64,000 nucleotides of DNA from contig NC_043016.1 in NCBI RefSeq assembly GCF_006345805.1, positions 4,588,001 to 4,652,000 of the forward strand. Reading direction: 5' to 3'. Each line of letters begins with the position of its first letter. The stretch's first letter is position 1. Position numbers and translations under genes: made by a program. The notes below the pieces were generated by a model. It was given only the letters and a program-made list of their open reading frames with translations, was not told where the DNA came from and searched no databases. This DNA comes from Octopus sinensis (taxonomy: Eukaryota). Below, piece by piece: positions 38,880 to 53,138 of this stretch.

Positions 38880-39800
38880 ACATGTAAAGCACTTCCATTG
38901 GAATTTCCTTCCTTGCTTCTCTATGTCTTGTTTTTAATTGATTTAGGTGCCGTTTGTGTCCCCATCGTTGGCTTTTATTAAATGCTTCACGTTTTCAATT
39001 CTTTTAGTCGCTACACCATCCTGCCAACTACCTTTACCGTTCTTGTATACTTTGAAATGGACTTTGTCTCCGACATAAAAAATGTTTTTTTTTTGGTATT
39101 TTCTCTGTACGTTTTTCCTTTGGCAACACTTTATCGAAGATCGATTTAATCTTTCTAGCAAACATTAGCTCCGCAGGCGACTTGCCTGAACTGGTATTCG
39201 GATTGGGCGTTATTCGGTACACTCTTAAGAATTTAGTTAGCGCTTCGGCATTTCCTTACCCATTCCTTGCTTTTTGAGCGCTCGCTTGAAAGTATCTTCG
39301 CATCGTTCTGCTTTCTCATTTGACATCAGGTGGAAAGGCAGGGTAAACATGTAGTTGGCTGCATGCATTTTGCAGAATTTCTTGAAATCATATACTGTAA
39401 AATGTGATCCATTATCCTATGCTGTGGTGTCCGGAACACTGTATCGAGCAAAAAGGTTCTGCAGGAATTTTATTGTTGTCTTTGAGGTTGGTTAACTGCA
39501 CCTACACACTTCCAGCCCCTTGGTAAAGCTATCAACAATGATCAAGTAGGACACACTATGCACCGGTCGAGCATAGTCTATATGTCACCTGGACCACGGA
39601 CTATCAGTCTCAGGCAACGATTAGTATTTCACCGGTGGTGATTTGGCTGCTAACGCAAAAGCTCTACATGGCTTCAACAAATTTTTGATGTTCCGGTCCA
39701 TTGTCGGCCAAAACATATAACTCCTCATCAAAGCTTTCATTCTTGACATCCCTGCAATAAACATGTTCAGCCACATATACTTAATAGATACAACTGGACA
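38880..39800 (-). mobile_element. Ty3/Gypsy integrase pseudogene
   Basis: GMSRMKALMRSYMFWPTMD..PWSR*HIDYA..LIIVDSFTK..DNGSHFT..EKAERCEDTFKRAL..YRITPNPNTSSGKSPAELMFARKIKSIFD, with stops and frameshifts. Confidence 0.92.
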
Positions 39801-40271
39801 TTTTCTGGTAGGCTGCGAATATATATACGCATGTGTATGTGTATAACCAAATAAATATGTTACTTAATTTAGATACACCAGAATTCTGTATGGTGTTATC
39901 CATAAAAATCCTTGGGGTGATTATAATCAAAATAAGCAACAAGAATGACTCCGGTAATTTAGTACGATCGTTTCGTACTACATCATTTTATTAACTGTTG
40001 TAAGTATTACAACAGTTTTAAAATGCTGAGTACTCATCAGCAAATTATAGAGCTATAGTGGTGTCGATTATTATATTATTATTATTTATTTATTATTATT
40101 ATATTATTATTATTATTATATAATATTATTATTATTATTATTATTATATAAAACGATATCATCTTCATCATCATTATTATTGTATTCATAATTTATTGTC
40201 AATACTGTAATGAAACACATGTAACATGCAATTAAAAATATACTATATTTTCCAGTTTTGTTTTAAGTATA

Positions 40272-40371
40272 NNNNNNNNNNNNNNNNNNNNNNNNNNNNN
40301 NNNNNNNNNNNNNNNNNNNNNNNNNNNNNNNNNNNNNNNNNNNNNNNNNNNNNNNNNNNNNNNNNNNNNNN
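40272..40371. other. Assembly gap (100 N)
   Basis: Run of n. Confidence 1.
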
Positions 40372-40452
40372 TGTATGTATGTATGTATTTATGTATGTAT
40401 GTACGTACGTATGTATGTAGGTATGTATGTATGTATATATATATGTATGTAT

Positions 40453-40483
<31 letters not shown>

Positions 40484-40783
40484 ATATGTATTATGTGTGT
40501 GTATGTATGTATGCATGCATGTATGTATGTGTGTGTGAATAGTTGTTGGTTCTTTCTAATGAGTTTCTCAATTCCATAATTATAAATATAATTTGGGTAC
40601 CTGTCACGTTAGGAGGGTGTCCTGCATTAATTGGGTGTATTATATCTGCGAATGTCTTTGAACTGATTAGCCCATTCCCACACATACACCTCCGCCCCAC
40701 ATATATATATATATATATATTAATATATCTATATATATATATATAATATATAATATATATATATATATGTATTATAATATGAG

Positions 40784-40853
<70 letters not shown>

Positions 40854-40871
40854 AATATATATGTATATATA

Positions 40872-40918
<47 letters not shown>

Positions 40919-41029
40919 AGGCATGTTCGTGGCTTGTGTGTGTGTGTATATTAAAAGCATTGCACTGTTCACTTTATTAAGAATTTTTATATTTCCTTAT
41001 TAACCATAATTTTTTGTTTTTTTACATAA

Positions 41030-41235
41030 ATATATCATTATTACCATCATCATCATCATCATCATCATCATTATCATCATCATCATCCACATCATCATCG
41101 TCATAATCATCATCATCATCATCATCATCATCCTCCTCCTCCTCATCATCATCATCCTCATCATCATCATCATCATCATCATCATCGTTATCATCATAAT
41201 CATTATTGTCATCATTATCGTCATTATCATTAACA
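41030..41235. repeat. (ATC)n/(TCC)n array
   Basis: Visible in the sequence. Confidence 0.95.
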
Positions 41236-41724
41236 ACGATCACTTTAACGTCCACTGTTTTTTTTTTTATATATATCTTTGTTTGAATCGTGCGGAATTT
41301 TCTTGAAGCAGATTTTCTACGGCTCGGTGCTCTTCCTGTCAGCAACCCTCAATTGTTCCCAAGCAAGTTTATATTTCCCCATGGCCTGACATAATTTTCA
41401 CGAAAGATTTGAAACGAAGGACACAGCTTGTATGACGTGACTGGCATTTTCACTTCTTGCTGTCACGCCATGTCAAGACAAGGTGACACTAACACACACG
41501 TATAAATCCTTAAATCCTTAAAAATGTTTCAGCTCGGAGGCTGCGGCCATGTTGGGGCACCACCGTTGATACACGATACATGTATGTATACATATAGGAC
41601 GGGTTTCTTTCAGACGTACACACAGACATGTGCATACACACGGACATGTGCACTTATGCCCGTGCGATACACAAAAATAGTAAATTAAAAAGAACATTTA
41701 AACAATTAGTACTTATTCTGATTT

Positions 41725-41905
41725 CCAATTTTGGCACAGGGCCATCAATTTCAGGAAATAGGCAAGTCGATTTCATCGATCCCAGTGTTCAACTGCTACT
41801 TATTTTATCGACCCCGAAAGTCCGAAAGGCAAAGTTGCCCTTAGTGGTATTTGAACTCTGAATATAAAAAGGACGGAATGCTTCTAAGCATTTTGACCGG
41901 CGTTC
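41725..41905 (-). mobile_element. SINE family C
   Basis: Homologous to 2885-3070. Confidence 0.75.
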
Positions 41906-42015
41906 CACATGACTCTCTATCCGCGTGCTCTTTTGTCTATTTGTCTGCCTATACACACACACATGCTTATACATAGAGTCAGATACATACATATATACAT
42001 ATACACACTCTGAGT

Positions 42016-42145
42016 AGCTTTCAATTTCCGTCTAACAAATCTACTCATAAAATTCTAGTCGGCTCGAGGCTATAGTAGTAGAGGATATTTGTTCATGATG
42101 CTATGCTGTTGAACTGAACCTAAAACCTCGCACTTGGGAAACGAA
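42016..42145 (-). mobile_element. SINE family A head, degenerate
   Basis: gctcgaggctatagtagtagagg...gaactgaacc. Confidence 0.6.
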
Positions 42146-42279
42146 CACCAATATCATCAATTAGTGTATATAAATTGCTTTTATAATTCGCCATAATCGA
42201 TTATCAATCATAGAAACAGGTGTTGCATATCAGATACAGGAATACCGTATTCATGCTTCTCGTTCTCTCTCATTATGTA

Positions 42280-42339
<60 letters not shown>

Positions 42340-42717
42340 GAGATAAATATTAACAGTTGTTAGTCATTCCTTGAAATTCTTCCGATGGGTGATTCGGTGT
42401 TCTCTTCCCTGGACAGTAAAAATTGTCTAGAATGTATATTAATACAAAAGTTTACTTCAATCATTTCACTTCAGTTAACTTCGATGATGACCAAGTGGAC
42501 TGACTCTGATGAACTGCACCAACAATATTGCAAGGTTGCATCTGCAAAAGTGAATAATTGCTGCAGCAGAAACACATGTTAGGCATTGTAATATGCTGCA
42601 TATAACTACAAAATATATGTTGTAGATACTTTTTATTATATATATATATACATATATATACGTACATACATACATACACACATATATACATACATATATA
42701 CATATATACATTCACAC

Positions 42718-42748
<31 letters not shown>

Positions 42749-43536
42749 ATATATATATGTATGTATGAGTTAGAGGTTAAGCAATCGTCTAAGGGATAAT
42801 AATACTGATTATCCTCTCCATTTTCTTATTTGCCTTATATGAATACATATATACCTTTTTAAATAAGAAAATGAATAAAATGGATAAAACTTTACGTACA
42901 GATGTTTTTATTTAAAGACATTTAAATTCATACATAGATATTCCTCCCTACAGCTGTTTCCATAACAAATCTTTAATTTCAGAAATAAAATTCCGTTTTC
43001 GAAATCAGTGAGTAGGATATATCCTCGGGGAGAATTTCAAAACGAAGTTATTTAACAACGTGTAGACTAACCTAAGACAAACCCGTAAATTTTTATAATT
43101 TTTTTTTCATTTTCTTAGTTTAAAAGGTTTATTTAAATACCTGTATGTTTCAATGATAAACTAGTATAGCTGGTTTTTCTCTGAACGCTGATATAAACCA
43201 GTGAACCAGGGAGTTTAGCTCATTGACTAATTAAATGAAATTGAATTATATATATGAGTGTGTGTATGTGTGTATGTATATAAAAACACATACATATGTG
43301 TATATATTTATATATAATTACATATATATGTATGTATATATATATATATATATAATTACATATAAATATATGTATGTATATAAATATATATATATATATA
43401 TATATAATACATTACATATATATATGTATGTATATATATATATATATATATATAGATATGTATATTATATGTATATATTATTGCGTAATGAGATCAAAAA
43501 CCCCAAGGTTGATATTAGAGTATTTATAGATAGAAG

Positions 43537-43587
43537 GTCTTACAGCTGTTCTAGGATATTAATTAATAATATCCCTTCATCGGAGAC
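43537..43587 (-). ncRNA. Hammerhead-fold motif with variant core
   Basis: gtct-CCGATGA-A-GGGATATT..AATATCCT-AGAAC AGCT GTA-agac. All three stems form, but the core deviates at U4 and GAAA. Confidence 0.45.
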
Positions 43588-43680
43588 GGTGTGAGAGGAA
43601 AAGTTAAGTCATAGTTTCAATGTGATACAATAGACAGTGATGTGGAGGAAAATATATATGTATGTATATATGTATGTATG

Positions 43681-43747
<67 letters not shown>

Positions 43748-44029
43748 TTTTATATATATATATATATACATACATACACACATATACATATGTATAGAAA
43801 TAAACAGGGCTAATTAAGCTATCTCTGCGTTGGTTGGAAAAACGATAAACAACCATAATCGATTTTCGAATATTATTGGGGTTTCATCAGAGATGTCTAT
43901 ATGAATTGATCAGTTTCGGAGAGACAACCAGCCAACCCGTTTAAAAACTCAACACTTCATTAGCTACACAGAACTAGAGCTGCTAATCTGCATACCGTGT
44001 TGACACTTTATATATACATATGGTGGTGG

Positions 44030-44048
44030 TATAGTAGTAGTAGTAGTG

Positions 44049-44082
<34 letters not shown>

Positions 44083-44111
44083 CAGCAGTAGTAGTAGTAG
44101 TAGTAGTAGTA

Positions 44112-44196
<85 letters not shown>

Positions 44197-44218
44197 AAGC
44201 AGCAGCAGTAGTAGTAGT
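44030..44218. repeat. (AGT)n array
   Basis: Visible in the sequence. Confidence 0.95.
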
Positions 44219-44896
44219 TGAACATTCAGAGTTGGCTATCTATTACTATAGATTTCTGTTGACATAAGCTCGTGAGCGATACTGGTTATATGGAAACTGT
44301 GGGTCGGCCTGTCTCATCCCTGTACTTATAATTCGAATGCTCTGCCTTGGCACGTACTCCTATACTGATTGTGCTTGAGGATTATATTCAGGAAGTAAAT
44401 GTGAAATACTCAGCCACTAATTTTGCCTGTTTGAAGAGTAGATAATCGTATTGGTAGAACAGCTAGCACAATCATTAGTCGACACCAATGACGGAATACA
44501 AACGCACGCATGCACACACACACACACACACAATTTAACTTTGCACGTACTAGTAATAGTATGTATCTTGTACTTGCCTGACTAAAATGCATTTGAAAGG
44601 ATGCCAAAAATGCAACTCTCTTAGGATTGATCCTTAAGACACGCAATGGTATTTAATTTTTGCTGTAATGATTTCATATGGGAATAGAAGCAGTACCCGT
44701 GACATTCACTGATCCTTCGAGATATATGAAACTGATATGGTGGGTGATATCTTTGAATATCTATAAGATGATGATAAAAGCAAGGCCTGTGTGGCTAAGA
44801 CATAGATGAAAGTGGTGAGAGCAGGAGAGAATATGTATCAAATGGGCTTTCATTGAATTGGAATGCTGCTAGTTTGTTCAGAAGGGCAGATGTCAT

Positions 44897-45732
44897 TATG
44901 CGAAGTGGTATCAAAAAGTTTCCGTACTAGTTTTGTAGCGCGCCAACAGATGACAGTACATGGTTGCAAGTGCAGTGAGAGCTAGCAGTGACCTTCATGA
45001 GGTAGTGTGCAGAATGACATTGTTGTGTTTACTTGGCAAGGTATACAATTTGTGATTTTGTGATCCCGTGTATATTGTGGTCAACGATTTTGTCATGAGC
45101 CAACATGAAATTTTGCGTTAAACTTGGGAAGTCTGCTACGGAGACATTGAGGATAGTTCGGCAAGTTTATGGTGACGAGGCAATGGGTCTTACGCAATGT
45201 TTTGAGTAGGACAGGCGCTTCAAAAACGTAAGAGCATGAGCGATCTGGAAGACCTACCATGATCATCACACACGAAAATGTAGAGAAAATTCATCAGCTT
45301 GTGTATGACAATCGTCGGAAGATAATCAACGACATTGCCGATCTTGTTGGTTTGTCGTATGGCTCCGTGGAGGTAATACTAATGTCTAAATTGAACACTC
45401 AGTGAGTCTCTGCCAAGTTTGTCCGCCTCTCTGACCACTGAGCAGAAAGAACAAGATTTTCGTCAGTGTGCCACTGATGGCCTATCCTTCATGTTGAGGA
45501 CCATCACCGGTGACGAGAGTTGGACCAACGGGTACAACTCCGTGACAAAGCAGGTGCTCTTCTTCTCCATGACCGAAGAAGGCACGACAGAGCCGCAGCT
45601 CAATCAAGAGCATTTTCATAGATTTTTATTTTTCAACATTCACGGTATTGTGCATCAAGAATTCATCCCCCGGGGCCAGACCGTCAATCGAGTTCTACTT
45701 CAACGTTTTGAAGCGTTTTAGGGAGGACATTC

Positions 45733-45735
<3 letters not shown>
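44897..45735 (+). mobile_element. Mariner transposon remnant
   Basis: INDIADLVGLSYGSVEVIL; ITGDESWTNGYNSVTKQ; FFNIHGIVHQEFIPRGQTVN. Same family as 15000-15763. Confidence 0.9.
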
Positions 45736-45774
<39 letters not shown>

Positions 45775-46419
45775 GTATATATACTTATGTAATTATGTGA
45801 GTAGTTCATGTAGTGCTTAAGCACCAAAGAAATATATCCACTGAGTTTAAAATCTCAAAATTTTCCTTGTGAAATTTCAATACATTATCACGGTAAATCA
45901 GTAACATGATTTTAAATACACATGTTTTGGATGATGTGTATATTCAGGGCAAAAAAGTTACATGCTAAACGAAAAACTTTCACTGATGCTTCATGGTTTT
46001 ACTCTAAGTTCCCTAACTGTTTCCACATTTAAATTACTAAAATCATCATCCGTATAATTACGTTATTAGTATATAGAGATAGTTGACCCCATAGACCTGC
46101 GGTCACGAACTCTGGCTGTGAAAGTGAAAGTTGCTAAATCATTTCCGTAACTTTTTTCAATGAAAGGAAAATATACCACTAAAAACATACATATTTGATG
46201 TGCATAAATGCACACTATTGGATCACTGTTGCCTACCCAGACATATTCTACCTATTAACGTGGCATCCTTTTTTCATTTTACAGGGTGTTTATAATTGCC
46301 CTTCATTTCAATCAAGCTTGGTGGGACTTCCAGTGCAGTTGTCGATGACTCGATCATAAAAGATGTTTCTACTAAGGTTAAAAGTTACCCGTAGCGCTCA
46401 TAAATGTTTATACAGTCAC

Positions 46420-46790
46420 ACGTACATACATACATACATACATACATACATACATACATACATACATACATACATACGTGCATACATACATACATACATA
46501 CATACATACATACATACGTGCATACATACATACATACGCACATGCATACATACATACGTACATGCATACATACATGCATATATGCATACGTACATACATA
46601 CGTACACGCATGCATACATATATGCATACATGCATACGTACATGCATACATACATACATATATACATACTTACATACATACATACATTCACACACATACA
46701 TACGTACATGCATGCGTACATACATACACACATCCATCCATCCATACCTACATAAAAATAAACATGCATGCATACAAGCATACATATATT
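46420..46790. repeat. (ATAC)n array
   Basis: Visible in the sequence. Confidence 0.95.
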
Positions 46791-46859
46791 TGCACAAAGG
46801 GCTTTATCACACACACACACATATATATATATAATTGAAGGAAATGGAAGATAGATCTA

Positions 46860-47110
46860 GTGCGAATATTCATTCAGCACGCCGGCCGTGTCTTCCCATC
46901 CTGCACCTGTCCCATGGAAATAGGATATTGTGCAGCTAGTTGTGTTGTATCAATCAGTGCAGGATGGTCACTTCAGGTTCTTGGTGTGCAAAAAGATATT
47001 TTCGCTTCTTTCGGCCGAGGTAAGTTTGCAGTGTGCGATTCTTGAATTTGGCGTTTATGAGGGGTGGGGTTCTGGATCGTACTCAAAGAACCATATGCCA
47101 TGTAGACCTT
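46860..47110 (-). mobile_element. Possible mariner catalytic-domain remnant
   Basis: ...FEYDPEP... and NLPRPKEAKIS in shifted frames; weak. Confidence 0.35.
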
Positions 47111-47219
47111 GGCGGCATTCAAAGTCAGAACATGAAGACGGACGAAATGCCACTAAGGATTGTCCGGAGTGATTATGATTCTGCTTGCTCGTATTAGAAA
47201 TAATGATGGAAGCCAGACA

Positions 47220-48062
47220 ACGCTTTCACTAAAGGACATTTATGCTACCGTAACCCTAACCGTGCCACTGGAAGTTAAAAACCGCAGTCGAAGCGCCATA
47301 ACAATATAGGAGGGAATTTCAAACAGATCCACTTGTGCGACTAAGAATTACATGGATTAGAGTTTCAAGCAGATGGAACTGCTCAGAATGTCCACAAGAA
47401 AAATTCAGGAAGACTGCAGACATCGACGAACTCCACAAAACAAGAAATGGTACAATAAACGTATTGCCAGAGTCCAAAAGAATTTGTAAGGCAAGCAAGT
47501 CGTGCGATAGGAATTTCGAAAGCAAGTGTCCACCGCATTTTGCAGCGCTGTCATTAGAAAGTTATATTCCAAGAATGGTCCATGCTCTCAGTGAAAATGA
47601 TCCAGATCGTACAGCGGAGTTTTGCAAGATGTGCAGGAGATTTTCCAACAAAGATTGTTCGGAGTGGATAGGCTAAATTTAAATCAAATCACTCAATTAA
47701 CCACCATGGAAAAATATCGTATTAATTTATAACTGGTGCGGATTATCATCAAAAACATTATTTGGATAATTCTTTTTTACAGTATTGAGACTTTCCCATT
47801 TACTTGGAATTGCGACAATCTGTCACTCCAAGCATCCAAGAGATATTTTAAGATACGGAATTATATTTGCTAGAAGACGGGGATCACCATATTACCATAG
47901 TGGTATGTGGACACATCTTGAGATTTTTCAAAACAGTTGCATTGGACGAAGAGGTTCAGTAGAATACATTCGCTTTCTCCAGACCTTTCATGAGAAAACT
48001 TGGTGCTGACTTTATAATCAAATCATCCTATGAATGTCGACATTTTGGTAAGCACCCTGTAT
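47220..48062 (+). mobile_element. Tc1/mariner-superfamily transposase remnant
   Basis: YIPRMVHALSENDPDRTAEFC resembles Y...vheL.EdD.drR.eFC. The element ends in CACCCTG|TA. Confidence 0.7.
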
Positions 48063-48067
48063 ATATA

Positions 48068-48363
48068 TCACCGTGATCACCGTGACCGACCAGGCAATCA
48101 GATCGCTGGTCACAATGCACTTCGCATTGTTTTAGCCTTCAAATGATGCCACCCCGCTGGCTAAGCGAGCAGGCCAACAGAAGAAAGAGCGAGAGAAAGT
48201 TGTGGCGAAAGAGTACAGCAGGGATCGCCACCACCCCCTGCCGGAGCCTCGTGGAGCTTTAGGTGTTTTCGCTCAATAAACACTCACAACGCCCGGTCTG
48301 GGAATCGAAACCGCGATCTTAGGACAGCGAGTCCGCCGCCCTAACCACTGGGTCATTGCACCT
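48068..48363 (-). mobile_element. tRNA-derived SINE, family B
   Basis: Reverse complement of 22901-23200. Confidence 0.9.
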
Positions 48364-48384
48364 CCACTGTATATATATATATAC

Positions 48385-48519
<135 letters not shown>

Positions 48520-49125
48520 TGTATATATGTATATTAATAGTTTTCGCCCTACTAATATGGCAGTCTTATAAATATAAGACTAAAGCTGTCGCTGATTAGC
48601 TCCATGAGGCCATCGCCTCAAGCTAGCTATTTGACACACAAACTGCGTCCATTATAAACCATTATAAACTATTAATTTCCAGTAACGCTGCCGTAATCTC
48701 CTTTAGAGAGACTTAGTAATTTTAATATTTCTATTATATATGTATATATATATATATATGCATATAGGTTATAAAATGAGATAGGGGTTGAAAATTCAAC
48801 CCACCATGGGATAATATATATCCAATATACTGCTAGATATGTACCCAACAAAATTAATACATAGATGTTAAAAATTGTCAAACAATCAGTTCATCTATTG
48901 CATTATATGGGTGAAGGTAATAATATTACCGTAAATTAATACTACACAAATTAGAGAATGGAGAAATATACTTAATCAGTAAAACATCAACTATCCGATG
49001 AAACTCAATCCATACTTTAATACACCATTACATATGAGTAAAGGCAATACATAAAATGAAATGAGATATACAGTAATAGTAAAGATAGAGATATAAGTAA
49101 AAAATTATCAAATATGATATAAATC

Positions 49126-49241
49126 AAAACTGACAGCTGTTTCGGCAGTGAGGACAGTCATACCTCATTTAACCTATAAGCCATAAAGGCAGGTATAAAT
49201 GAGGCATTAACAAGGATGCCCCACGGCCTCTTCAGAGAATT
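49126..49241 (-). ncRNA. Hammerhead ribozyme motif with extended stem II
   Basis: CTGAAGA-GGC...GCC-GAAAC AGCT GTC; exact reverse complement of 53023-53138 by eye. Confidence 0.7.
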
Positions 49242-51339
49242 AAATTAATTTGTTATAATAGTGAAAAATAATATACAATCATATACATATAATATAAAAT
49301 ATAAAAATGTAAAATATAAAAACTTATACATCATAAAGCTACACTTATATAATATAATACACATTTGTACAAAAAAGGAAGGTAAACAGAACAAATAAAC
49401 AAAATATATAATAATGTATATATTAATATCAATAAGTACCGATATTATACATATTTGGCTAATAGTTTTTTAAAATATATATAAAAAAAGCTAACATATA
49501 TGGAGATGAAAAACAATATTAATCCGTGGTACAGTTCATAAGATTCTAAAGCTATAAAAGTTAATAAAATTACTATTAATAATAATAATAATATATAATA
49601 ATAATAATATAAAATAATGATAATAAAAAATATATATAATAAAAATAGATACAGTTAAGTTAGCACCAAGTCCATCCTTACAAGATCGAAATAACTATGA
49701 GTTAAGAATGCTGACCACTAGTAAAGAAAATATAGATTATTCGATTGCTATTGGTTAGAAATTTAAATCACAAAAGAAAATTACGCCAATATTCACACAC
49801 GCATCTACAGATCAATCGCACATACACACATAGTTTATATGTATATACACACATTTATACACATACATAATTACAAGCAACAACTAGCACATAGATAAAC
49901 AAAAAGGGAAGTAACTATGCTACAATTTAGTCCTTCAATATTATCACTGTGCCTCAATAACAAAAGAAGAACCATTCATGAATTTCATAAAATATTTAAT
50001 TTAGATATAAAATATATTTTAAATATCAGTATGTTACTAAATCAGATACTTATTACATGGGTAACTTAAAATTTATAACACCGGTTTGTTGCAGAGTAAA
50101 CATAACGGTTGTTAGATTTATCGTAAGTTTGTTATGGTTTTAAGTACGCTAAATTATAAAATATAAAATATAAATGTATATTAATTTAAATAATTATAAT
50201 AAGTCACTTATTAACTTAATAAATATATTGCCATGATATACCAGTTTAGGCATTAAAGAAAAGAAGGGGAAGTATTAATTTAAACGCTTAAGAGAACACA
50301 CAGAAATTTTAAATAAATTTTATATTCTAAAACTTAAGATGAAAAGAGATAAAATAAGTAAGAAGGAATAAATACGAAGGAATAAATACGGTTATACATA
50401 TAATTATAAGTACAAACCAGTATATATGTATTCATATATTATTAAAATTAAATAAAATAAATGATAGATATGTATGTTATAAACTACCCATATAAGTAAA
50501 TAAGTAAAAAATAAAATAGGTAGCAAATTAGATGACTTGATATGTATGTAAACATCTACACTTAAATAGGCAAATAAATAAATAAATAGAAGACTAGATG
50601 CAAAATTGATAATATTACAATAAAATGGAAAATAAATAAAAATAATGAGTAGAGTGAATATATATGTTATATTGTTGAAAGTAAATATGTATGGAAGGAT
50701 AGTTTAAAGTACAGATCCAGAAGACTATAGATATAAACCAAATATATGAGGCTGGTAATAATTATAAAGCATAATGCATGTAAATGAGAAAATGAAAAAA
50801 ATGCAAAAGGTTTATCAGTGAATAGCATAAGATACAAATTAAGGTGAGTACAAAAGACCAAATATACAATAAAAACCTTCCAAATAACACATACAAAAAA
50901 ACCTATAATCTCAACCTAACCCACCAAACTCACAAAAGGCTCTCATATATTACATATTATACAATATCATTACATTATCCAGAGCTAGGTATCTACCCAA
51001 GATATATATATACTATGCAATATACTATGCAGTATTGGAAAACTTCAAAAATCACAAAATTATAAGGCAAGTACCAAAATGAATATGTTATTTTATGTCA
51101 TATTGCAATTCTCTTAAGAAACAAACAAAAACCCACATACAAAAAACAAGAAACCAATAATACTAGACACATCCATTAATTATTATACAAATGTAGCTGT
51201 AAAAATTATAAAATTATAAATTAATAAATTGTATACTTTAGAAGTTATAGAAGACCAAAGGTATATTTAGTTAAAGAAGGGAGTTAAAAATTAAAAATAG
51301 TGGAAGTGCTAATTCTATTTGAATCTAGAAAGGTGAACG

Positions 51340-52300
51340 GTAGCCTATGAATACAAAGAAGTTTTTTTCATTAATGTTGTTAATAATTTGCCGACCGCTT
51401 TAATAATGAAGAAATTTCATTAATACATAGAGAGCATTTTTTTATTTTTTCCATTATACACGGTGCTGAAGTTAGTATTTTCCAGTTTAATCTAAAATCT
51501 AAGTTCTTATTTTTAAGTTCCCAAATGTATGCACTTAGCCCTGTAGAGTACATTCTATTTTTATTCCTAAAGGTATATCTGTGATAATCCATCTTTGTTT
51601 TATGCTATTCATAGTTGCCCCCCGATATACACCCTACTACTCAATTGTGTATCTACAGTGCATTGGTAAACAACCTCCTTCCTGAGGCATTGATTACCAA
51701 TACACATTATTTTTATTTCTGAAATTACAAGGTTAACAGAATGAGGAAATCTAAAATTGGACAACACCCCTATACTACTATTCACATTATAAGTGTTACA
51801 ATTGTTATCATCATCCAACCCCAAATCAACGAATGAGTTAAATTCACATTATCGGCTATATTCCTATCACTAGTACTAGTATTGGTAGTAGTAGTATGAT
51901 CTATTTCATTTATTATCTCTGACAGGTATGGTGCACTCATTATTAGTAAGGAGGTTGTTCCCAATTGTTCCAAGAGTTTTCTATTCCTATTATAATAAAG
52001 AGGGGCAAGTTTTCCTGGTCCAAATTCAATTTTCTATCCTTATAGAAGTGATCCAGTTTCTTGTTATTAAAAGAGGAGATAATTGTGGCTAGATTATGAG
52101 TAATGCTATATCCCACTCTAACAGTACCGTTGTTAATTAGGACTAAATTTATTCTTATCCTTACCAAAATGCCTAAAAATAACATTATGCAAAGCTCTCA
52201 CTATGTTTGTTTTAATCTGCATTGCATATGGGATAATCAACCAAAGAGTATCCTTATCATAATTAGGATTGCTATAGAATTAATGTTATTTGTAAAAATC
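51340..52300 (-). pseudogene. PLE linker and GIY-YIG endonuclease, frameshifted
   Basis: LWLIIPYAMQIKTNI / NNGTVRVGYSITHNLATIISSFNNKKL / CIGNQCLRKEVVYQCTV..RVYIG / YHRYTFRN..YSTGLSAYIWELKNKNLDFRLNWKIL..KCSLCINE. Confidence 0.88.
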
Positions 52301-53022
52301 CTATTCGTAGACCAACTCATAGGATTACTATTCTTACCACTGTCATTGTTATATTTATCTATATCAAATTACCATGGTTATTGCGCAAGTAAACTTTACC
52401 ATTATCATGTCTACCATAAGTTTTAATTCGTATATTATTATTAATATTCCTACTATTACTCGTATGTTTAGATCTATTTGAGCTAACCGTAGCCAATCGA
52501 ATTAATCTATATTTTCTTTACCTAGTGGTCAGCATTTCTTACTCATAGTTATTTCCGATCTTGTAAGGATGGACTTGGTGTGCTAACTTAACTGTATCTA
52601 TTTTTTTATATATCTATTTTTTTATTATCATTATTTTATTATTATTATTATTATTATTATTATATTATTTTATTATTAATAGTAATTTTTATTAACTTTT
52701 ATAGCTTTAGAATCTTATGAACTGTACCACGGATTTAATTATTGTTTTTCATCTCCATATATGTTAGCTTTTTTTTATATATATTTTAAAAAAAACTATT
52801 AGCCAAATATGTATATATCGGTACTTATTGATATTAATATATACATTATTATATATTTTGTTTTATTTTGTTCTGTTTACCTTCCTTTTTTGTACAAATG
52901 TGTATTATATTATATAAGTGTAGCTTTAATGTATTAAGTTTTTATATTTTACATTTTTATATTTTTATATTTATATGTATATGATTGTATATTATTTTTC
53001 ACTATTATAACAAATTTAATTT

Positions 53023-53138
53023 AATTCTCTGAAGAGGCCGTGGGGCATCCTTGTTAATGCCTCATTTATACCTGCCTTTATGGCTTATAGGTTAAATGAG
53101 GTATGACTGTCCTCACTGCCGAAACAGCTGTCAGTTTT
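53023..53138 (+). ncRNA. Hammerhead ribozyme motif with extended stem II
   Basis: CTGAAGA 53029-53035; 85-nt paired stem II 53036-53120; GAAACAGCTGTC 53121-53132 (palindromic stem III, GUC site); weak stem I. Confidence 0.7.

Noticed and set aside
42385-42582. 65-aa ORF with possible splice sites
   Set aside because: No recognisable domain, weak donor, and no partner exons.
43850-43925. Minus-strand CTGATGA...GAAAATCGATTA motif
   Set aside because: A palindromic stem III is present, but stems I and II do not pair.
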